From positions 1,736,001-1,800,000 of the forward strand of contig JABVCE010000002.1 of NCBI GenBank assembly GCA_014905635.1: 64,000 bases of DNA, in the 5' to 3' direction. Below are positions 56,101-64,000 of this stretch, in pieces. Source of the DNA: Scenedesmus sp. PABB004. Lineage: Eukaryota. Position numbers and translations under genes: made by a program. Within the stretch, counting starts at the first letter, position 1. Each line of letters begins with the position of its first letter. Below the pieces are notes generated by a model. The model was not told the origin of the DNA. It made no database searches and worked only from the letters and a program-made list of their open reading frames with translations.

Positions 56101-59100
56101 CCCGGACGGCAGCCCCGACGCCGACGCGCTCGCGCGGCTGGCGGTGCGGCACGACGACTCGCCCGGCAACGTCGCGCGCCGCCTCGCGCTGTGGGACCGC
56201 CAGGCGGGCGGGCTGCGCGCCGCGTACTGCGACGTCCTGCTGCGCCTGCCGGCGGGGGGGGCCCTGGACGAGACCACGGCGCGCGCCGAGGCGTTCGTGC
56301 GGCTCGAGGCGGCCACGCCCTGCGCGCCCGCGCCGGGCAGCGTGTGGCCGCTCGTGGCGAGCCACTCCCTGGAGGAGCACACGTACCGCGTGGTCGCCAC
56401 GCTGCGGTGCGCGGCGCAGCCGCGCGCGCGGCAGGACGACGCTGCGCGCCGCCAGCGCGGCTCAGCCGCGCCGTGCCGCGCCGCGCCGCGCCGCGCAGGT
56501 ACAAGCGCCAGCAGCTGGTGCAGCTGCAGCAGCTCGACGGCCGGCTCGCCTGGTGCGAGCTCAGCGAGCTCGCCGGCAACGCGAGCTGCCTGCTGCTGGC
56601 GCACAACCCGGCGGGCCTGCCGGTGGCGAGGGCGGCCAAGCGCCTTGACGGCGCCGCGCCGCCGCGGCCGCAGCTGCTGTTTGTGGAGTCGCCGGAGCCG
56701 GTCCGGCTCATCGTCAGCCTGGCGATGGCCCCGCAGCACGCGGCGCTGCTGCCGCCGCCGCCGCCCAAGCAGGTGCGCGGGGCGACGAGGGCGGGCGGGC
56801 AGGCGGGTGGTCGGGCGGGCGACTGTCCCTGCGGCGCGGCGGCTGCGCAGGGCAGCCGTGACACGACCGCCGCCGCCGCTGACCGCCGTGCGCAGGTCTT
56901 TGTGCTGGCGGGCCCGGCCGGCGCGGGACGCGCGTGCCTTGCGCGCCAGCTGCTGTGCGACTTCAGCAGCAAGCTGGCGCCCGCGGCGCTGCTCACCACG
57001 CAGCCCCCGCACGTGCGCGAGCTGGCCCGTGGCGGCGAGCGGGCGCGCGGCGCGCCGCTCGCGGCAGATGCCGAGACCAGCGACGGCGGCGGTGCCGGTG
57101 CCACCGCGGCTGGCGGCGCGCCGCCGCGCTTCCCGGGGTCCGACTTGCTGCAGTTTGTGCCCGAGGCACAGTTCCGGGCGCTGCGCCACTCGGGCCACCT
57201 GGAGGGGGCGCACGAGCACCTCGGCGACAGCCACGGCCTCGCCGCCGCCGCGCTGGAGGCTGCCGCGGCGGCCGGCAAGGCGGCGCTGGTCGTCGGCAGC
57301 GTGCGCCTGGCGCAGGCGCTGCGCCGCGAGCTGCAGGGCACGCACGTTGTCTGCGTGTTTGTCGACGCCGGCGTCGCCAGCCAGGACGCCCGGCTGCGCC
57401 AGGCCGGCACGCTGGAGGAGGCGCGCCTGCAGGAGCTGCTCGCAGACGCGGGCGCGCAGCGAGAGCTGCTGCACGGCCTGCTGGCCGAGCAGGCCGAGGC
57501 GGTGCGGGAGGAGGCGGCAGCGGCCGCGGCGGCGGCAAACGCGGCCGCGGCCGCCGCGCTGGCCCTGGCGGCGCCGCCCACGCCGCTGGGCGCGCCCAAG
57601 CTGGGCGCCAGCGTCGCCGGCGGCGGTGCTGGCACGCCGAGCGCCAGGACGTCGGCGCAGCACGCGGCGCTGGCGGCGGGCCTGCAACAGCAGGCCGCGC
57701 CGGCGCCAGCGTGCGCGGCGGCGCCCAGCGCGAGCGCGCCGCCGCCCGCGACGTGGCTGCACGTCGTGCCCGAGGCGGCGGGGCAGGGCCGCTACGCCCT
57801 GGTCAAGGCCGCGCTGGCCGCCCACTGGCCGCGCGCGCAACAGCACCTGCCGGGCCTGCTGCTGGTGCAGCGCCACGCGGCGGCCCGCGGCGCAGCGGTG
57901 GCGCGTGCGGACGGCGGCGCGCGCGCCTCCGAGACGCCGCGGGGGAAGCCGGCGCAGCAGGCGTCAGCCGTGAGCGACGCCGGCCTGGACGACGACGGCT
58001 TTGCGTCCGCGGTCACCGTGCTGCGCCTGCGCGCGCGGACCGCGTCGGCCGCGGCGCTGACGCTGCCGCGCGGGCGACACCTCCTGTCGCTCGCGTGCCC
58101 GCCGGCGCTGCACGCCGTGAGCGTGCACGGCGCGGCCGAGTTTGCGCTCGACGACGAGGCCAAGCTGCTGCCCCTGGCGGCGGGGCTGCACGCGGTCAGC
58201 CACGACGGCGCGGCCGAGGGTCTCGCCCCCGGCGCGCGGACGCTGCTCTTCCGCTTCCTCCTGCGCCCCTCCGAGCCCTGCACCGCGAGCTTTGAGCTCC
58301 GCGCCGCCAGCCCCGCGCTCGCGGCGGCGGCGCAGCTGCTGCTCGCGCCCGCCGCGCCGGGCGCGGCGGGGCGCGGCGCGCAGTGCGGCGCGCTCGGCGG
58401 CCGCCTCGCTGACGTGCCGCTGGCGCCGGGGCCGGACAAGGCCGGCTACGTGCTGCTCTGCCTGGCGGAGCCGCAGGCGCCGGTGCCGGCGAGCGCGTGG
58501 AGCCTGGCCGTCACCAGCAGCCGGCCGCTGCCGGCGCTCGCCGACCTCGCGCCCGCGCGCGTCGCGGCGTTTGAAGGGACCTACGCGCCCAACGTGCAGG
58601 CCGTGGTCGCGAGGTTTGTGCTCGCCCCGACGGCGCCGGTGCAGCTCGCGGTGCTGGCGCAGCTCACCCCGCCGCAGCCGGGCGGCGGCGGCGACTGCGG
58701 CCCGCCCAGCCCGGGCGGCGGCGGCGCCGGTGGCGGCAGCTGCAGCGACGCCGCGGCGACGGTGGCGCTGGGGGCGCTGCCGCCGGCGTTCAGCCTGCAG
58801 CTGTGGGACACGTGCGGCGCCAAGGAGGTGGTGTGGGGCGCGAGCGGCTACCGGCTCGCGGCGGAGGCGGCGGGCGGCGCGCACGGCCGCGCGGCGCTGC
58901 CGAGCGTGCAGCTGGCGCCGGGGCGCTACATTGTGGCGCTGCAGCTGCGCGCCGAGGCGGGCCGGCAGTGGGTCGACCCCTGCACCGGCGCGACGGAGCC
59001 GCCGCCGGGCTGGCAGCTCACGCTGCTGCCGAGCGCGGACGACAAGGTGGGTGCGGGCAGCTGTGCTGCGCTGACTCGCAGCGGGAGCTTGGCGAGCGTG

Positions 59101-60154
59101 GCGGCGCGCTGCACGCGCTGCGCGCGGCGTGCGGCTGGCTCACACGCGCGCGCGTGCGGGCCGCAGGTCTGCCCCATCACGCGGGACGACGCGTGGGAGC
59201 GGCACTTTCGAGCCACCGCGGAGGCCTGGCAGGCCGCCGCGGCGCACGGCCCCAGCGGCCGGCCGGGCAGCAGCGGCGTCGGCGGCGCGGCGGGCGCGCG
59301 CGCGGCGGCGGCCGCCAGGGACCGGCCCAGGCTCGCGCAGGCGGCCCTCGAGCGGCACGCCGCGGCCGAGGCGGGGCCCGTGGCGGCGGGCCTGACCGCG
59401 CTGAGCATCGGGGGCAGCCAGCCAGCGCCGGGGGGTGCGGCCGCAGCTGGCGGCGCCGCGCGGCGCTCGATGCCTGGCGCCAAGGCCAAGGCTGCCGGCG
59501 GCGGCGGCGGCGGCGGCGAGGCGGCCGGCAGCGCGGGCGGCAGCCTGCAGGCGACGCCGCGCGCAGGCAGCGGGAGCGGTGGCGCAGCGGGCGCGGCGAG
59601 CGGCGCGCAGCCAGGCGCGGTGCTACGGCAGGTCCAGAGCGGCGAGCCGCTGCTGCTGGCGCCCGAGCGCCAGGTCGTCAGGCGCAGCGCGCCGCCGTCC
59701 GGCGAGGGCGCCGCGCCCGTGGTGCTCGGGCCCGCGCAGCTGGCGGAGAGGCTGCAGGCGCTGCAGGCAACGGCGGAGCGCGGCGCCGCGCAGCTCGGGG
59801 GCGGCAGGCCCGGCGGCCAGCGCGCGCCGGGCGCGCTGCAGGCCAAGGAGGTGAGCAGCGCACGCGGCGTGTGCGGCGTGTGTGCGGCGCGCGCGGTGCT
59901 CCTTGCCTCGCTGACGGCCCGCCCCGCCCGCGCAGGCCGAGGCGTTTGCCGAGTGGCGCAGCGCCGCGCTGGCCGCGCAGGCCGCGGCCGCGGCGCGCAA
60001 GGCGGAGGTGCTCGCCGCCCTCGCCGCCGCCGCGCCGCCGCGCCGCGCGCTGTCGCCGCGCGCGCTGCTCGCGGCGGCGGCCGGCGCCGCGCCGCCGGCG
60101 CCGGCTAGGGGCGGCAAGCGTGCGAGCGTGGCGGCGGCTGAGCCGCGGCACTGA
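50177..60154 (+). CDS. FAP42-like flagellar central-apparatus protein: androglobin-type calpain-like domain, five guanylate-kinase-like domains and one adenylate-kinase-like domain
   Basis: GRYRVKLFLLDTWRAVTVDDRIP...LWPLLLCKALLK; VVLSGASGVGR...TVSHTTRPPR; GPAASGKSTQC...PHVNAGELL...GWALDGFP. About 20 introns; last exon 59936-60154. Confidence 0.82.
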
Positions 60155-60416
60155 CGGTGTCGGCCTGGTCGCGTGCCGCACCCCTGGTGCTCGGTGACCG
60201 TGCCACTGTGCTGTGAGGGACGCCGAGAGACGAGAGGCACGCCACGGCGCCCGCCTGCCGCCGCGTCCCGACGACAGCAGCGAACGAGCACCCGCCGCCG
60301 GTGGGCCCACCGTCCCCGTCAGCGGGCAACAGCAGCGCGCAGAGCAGTTGATCGGCTGCCACCAGGCAGCGCCGGCGCGGGAGGGGGCGGCTGCGGCGCG
60401 CCAGGGGGGAGCTGGG

Positions 60417-61576
60417 ATGGCGGGCCTGTTCGCCGCCGCCCAGCTGAAGCTCCCGGGCGCCCACAACGCCGAGGGGCAGCTCGTGACGGACGGATTCCTG
60501 GACGTGTGCCAGCTGGTGTGCCCCGTGATAGGTGCGGCGAGCCGGGCGGCGCGGCGGCGGCGCGTAAGCAGCAGCAGCGGCGGCGCCAGCCGACGCCGCC
60601 GCCGGCGGCCGCGCGCAGACCAGTTCGGCTCGGCCTTTGCGCTGGTGAAGAACGACATCTCGCACAACATTGAGGTGCGGCGAGCGGCGGCGGGCGGCCG
60701 GCGAGCGGCGGGTGCGAGCGGCAAGCGGGGGCAGCCGACGCCCCTCCTCCCCCGCGCCCGCAGCGCCTGCGCACGCGCTTCCTGACCGACCCGCTCAAGT
60801 TTGAGCTGCTCTTTGCCATCATTGAGGACGAGGTCGAGCGCGACGACCACGCGCACAGCCGCAGCTGCACAAAGGGCCTGCTCTGGCTCAAGCGGTGCGC
60901 ACCCCCCGCAGCGCCGCCCGCGCCGCCCGCGCCGCCCGCGCCCACGCCGCCGCCCCGCCCGCGCCGCCACGCCCGCGCCGCCTCGGCCTCGGCCTGGGCC
61001 GCCGCCCGTGCCGCGGCAGGGCGCTGGAGTTCATGATGGCGATCATGCAGCGCCTGCTGGCCGACCCCGGCGCGAGCATGAGCGACGTGGTGTACGAGAC
61101 CTACCACGCCACGCTGCACCGCTGGCACGGCTTCATCGCGTCCTCGGCGTTCAACGTGCGCTGCCGGCCGCCCGCCGCCGCGGCTGCCGCGCCGGCCACG
61201 CGCGCCGCCGCCGTCACACCTCCCTCGCCCCCTCGGCCGCACGCCGCACGCGCTGAGCGCGCGCCCGGTGCGCACGCGCCACGCCGCGCGTCCTGCGCGC
61301 GCAGGTTGCGTTTCACTTTGTGCCCAGCCGCGAGGCATTCATGGAGAAGGTCGCCGGTGCGGCCGACCCGGGCGCGGCGGACGCGATGGCGCGCTTCGTC
61401 GCCGACTTCAGCCCGCTGCTGGCCGAGGTGCACGCCTTCCTGGTGCGGCGGCGGCGCCGGCGGCGGCAGCGGCGGCCGGCGAGCGCGCAGCGCAGCGCAG
61501 CGCAGCGGGGCCGACGGATGCGCGCGCCGCGCGCCCGCAGGACGCGCGCGGCCTGGACGACCCCGCCAAGGTCTAG
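60417..61576 (+). CDS. GLTP: Glycolipid transfer protein (GLTP family), 5 introns
   Basis: FLDVCQLVCPVIDQFGSAFALVKNDISHNIERL, SCTKGLLWLKRALEF, YHATLHRWHG, PSREAF. Confidence 0.93.
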
Positions 61577-61916
61577 AGGGCAGCGGGGGCGGCGCTCGGG
61601 CCAGCACTGCGCGCGGCTGCAGGAGTGCACTCAACTGGGCGGCGGGGCCTGGGCGGCGGTGGGGCGTCCCTCTGACGGCCCGGTAGGTCCCGGAGTGGCG
61701 AGGCTCGTGATTGGCCCGTGCGAGGCGCGCGGTAACGGTTACAATCGCGCCGCCGCGCCGAATAAAACCGAGGTCAATGCCGGCAGGGCGCCCTGCAATC
61801 TGCTCGAGCTGCACTGACAGCACGCTGCGCTCGTCGCTCGTCGGCCAAAACCGGCGGCAGTGCCTGCCGCCGCCGCGCTGTTATTGCGTCGCCGCTGCGT
61901 GCGGGGGAGCTGCCGC

Positions 61917-63032
61917 TCAGGGGAAGGTGGTGAACTCAAAGACCTTGCCCACGATCTCAAGGCCCGTCGGCACCTGCGCCGCGCGCGTGGGCGCGCGTGG
62001 GTGGGCGCGCACGTGGGCTCGCGCTCCCTGCTGGGCCGCGAGCCCTCTGCGCGGCCCTCGTGCGAGGCCCTCGCCCGGGCCGTGGCACAGCCCCCCAGCC
62101 CCGCGCCGCGCGCCTGCCAGGCGAAGAGCGCGAGGTTGAGCACGTTGAGCGCGATGTGCGCGCTGCGCGCGTTGTCGTTGCCCTTCTGCATCGCCGGCAC
62201 GAGCGCGGCGGCGAGCGCCCAGAGCACGACGATGCCGGCGCCGGCAAAGAGGTGGGGCCCCGGGAAGAGCTTGCCCGTGCGCGTCCAGGTGTTAAGGCAG
62301 CCCTCGACCGCGATGAGCACGCCGCCGCCGAGCAGCAGGCTGCCGACGTTGAAGTGGCGGTCGCGGTAGCCGCCGCCGACGAGCTCCTTGCGCTCCTGCG
62401 CGGCGCGGCGCGGCGCGTGTCGGCGCGGCGCGCGTCGGTGCGGCGCGCGTCGGCGCGCACGCGGCTGGCGTGGCGGGGCTGCGGCGGCGGCAGCAGCCGC
62501 CGGCGGCAGACCCTATTGGTATGCCCCTCCCTGCCGCGCGCACCTTCTCGAGCGCCGCGATCTGCGCCGCGAGCGCGGGCGGCGCGGGCGGCGCCGCCTC
62601 CTCGCCGGCGGGCGCCTTGGGCAGCTGCGCCTTGAGGGCCTTGATGTCGTCCCCGATCGTCCGGGTGCGGCGCCACTGCCAGCCCAGCCAGCCCGCGTAG
62701 CCGGTGGCCAGGAACAGCCCGCCCATGACCACCGGGTGCACCAGCGCCGCGGTGGTGCCCTTGAGCAGGCTGTGGCCCTCCTCAGCCCACGCGCCGCCCG
62801 CGCCCAGCAGCAGCGGCCCAGCACCGACCGCGAGCGCCATCGCCGCGCGCTCCAGGGGCGTCGTCGCCTCCGGCGCGCCCGCGCGCGACGCGGCCACGTC
62901 GCGGGGCTGTGCGACGCAGGACACCGCCAGGCGCGCCCGGGCGGCGCGGGGCTGCCGGGACACGCAGGCGCGGATCGCCCGGCGCTGCGCCGCGGCCCCG
63001 CTGGCGAAGGGCGTCCGCGTGAGGACCTGCAT
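61917..63032 (-). CDS. DUF4079 family plastid membrane protein, 2 introns
   Basis: Transit peptide, LVHPVVMGGLF, RDRHFNVGSLLL, GKLFPGPHLFAG, ARSAHIALN, WQVPTGLEIV. TTACA at 61739. Confidence 0.88.
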
Positions 63033-63345
63033 CGTCAAGCGCTTTGCGGTTCTTGCGGCGGCGGAGAAAGTGCGTGTGCGGCGGCGGCGGGGCGGCGCGC
63101 GGCGTCGGCGCCCGCGACGCCGGAAGACCTGCGGCCGCACCGCTGAGCCCCGCCCAGCTCAACGCCCGGGGCTGGAGGTGGTGCCCAGCTGCCCGCCCAG
63201 CTGCCCGGCAGCCTCCCCGCTCGGTGCGGCCGCCGTGCGCGCCGCCCCCACGCGCCAGCGGGCGGCGGTCAGAGCAGCTCGCGCACGCTGCCGCCGCGCA
63301 GCCAGCGTCGCGGCGCGGTCAGAGCTAGCCCCTCGCACCGCGCTG

Positions 63346-64000
63346 ATGTCGGGCGCCGTGTCAGCCTACGACGTCCGCCGCGCCGCCGGCGGGGAGGAGG
63401 ATGCGGGCTCCGTCCGGGAGCTGGCCTTCTGCTTCCGCGCCGCGACGCGCCTCGGCGCGCTCACGGCCCTGCAGGCGCTGACCAGCCTGAGCGTGGCCTT
63501 CAACGCACTGGAATCGCTGCGTGGCGTCGGCGCGCTGTCAAGCCTGCGCCACCTGAACTGCAGCCACAACCGCCTCGCCTCGCTCGAGCCGGTCACGGGC
63601 CTGCGCGAGCTGACCAGGCGCGCGGCGGCAGCGCTGCGCGGGCGGCGGCGACCAGCTGCCAGCCCAATCCGCCGCCGGCGGGCTCGTCTCGAGCTCACGC
63701 CGCCGCGACCTCGCCGCGCCGCGCCGCGCAGCCTCAACGCCGGCTGCAACCTCCTCGCCTCCACCGCGCCGCTTGCGGCGCTGACGGGGCTCCGGGCGCT
63801 CGCGCTGCATGCCAACGCGCTGCCCGGCGGCGCCGCCGTGCTGGACCTGAGCGGCCTGACATGCCTGCGCCACGTCGCGCTCGCGCGAAACCCGATGTGC
63901 CGCCAGGAGCACAGCCGGCTGGCGACGCTCGCGCTGCTGCCGGGCCTCGAGGTGCGGAGGCGTGAGAGGGGGGGGGGGCGCTGGCGGCTGCATTTTAGCT
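63346..64000 (+). CDS. SDS22-like leucine-rich repeat protein, 5' part (continues beyond the window)
   Basis: LTSLSVAFNAL, LRHLNCSHNRL, LTSLNAGCNLL, LRALALHANAL, LRHVALARNPMC...LLPGLE (LRR cap), then a GTGCG donor at about 63952. Confidence 0.85.
   Translation, partial: MSGAVSAYDVRRAAGGEEDAGSVRELAFCFRAATRLGALTALQALTSLSVAFNALESLRGVGALSSLRHLNCSHNRLASLEPVTGLRELTRRAAAALRGRRRPAASPIRRRRARLELTPPRPRRAAPRSLNAGCNLLASTAPLAALTGLRALALHANALPGGAAVLDLSGLTCLRHVALARNPMCRQEHSRLATLALLPGLEVRRRERGGGRWRLHFS

Overview
Gene-dense, extremely GC-rich eukaryotic nuclear DNA from a chlorophyte green alga. Evidence: short spliceosomal introns, TGTAA poly(A) signals, and Chlamydomonas-like PsbQ, CDKB (PSTTLRE) and FAP42. 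A Sphaeropleales-type alga is an inference. The supplied ORF track is mostly misleading because introns and antisense frames are stop-poor, so genes were rebuilt exon by exon by eye. About 23 intron-containing genes were found, in order: partial PAAT/C10orf88-like gene, complex I 75 kDa subunit, a hypothetical gene, OCT-type MFS transporter, fibrillin-like protein, RPAP2/Rtr1, APC6/CDC16, eIF3a, holocytochrome c synthase, UTP4, FKBP19, CDKL kinase, GT31 galactosyltransferase, CDKB, PsbQ, a P450, prohibitin, a 47-aa microprotein, a degenerate MurE, an androglobin/FAP42-like multi-kinase, GLTP, DUF4079 and a partial LRR gene. Most notable: (1) a 659-bp, ~99% identical inverted duplication bracketing the whole psbQ gene next to CDKB; (2) a two-exon 47-aa single-TM microprotein resembling animal mitoregulin, head-to-head with prohibitin; (3) about 19 GC-AG introns with consensus AG|GCGCG; (4) a MurE-like protein lacking catalytic motifs; (5) three apparent single-base frameshift sites in essential genes, probably assembly errors. 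No RNA genes, CRISPR arrays or transposase genes were recognised.
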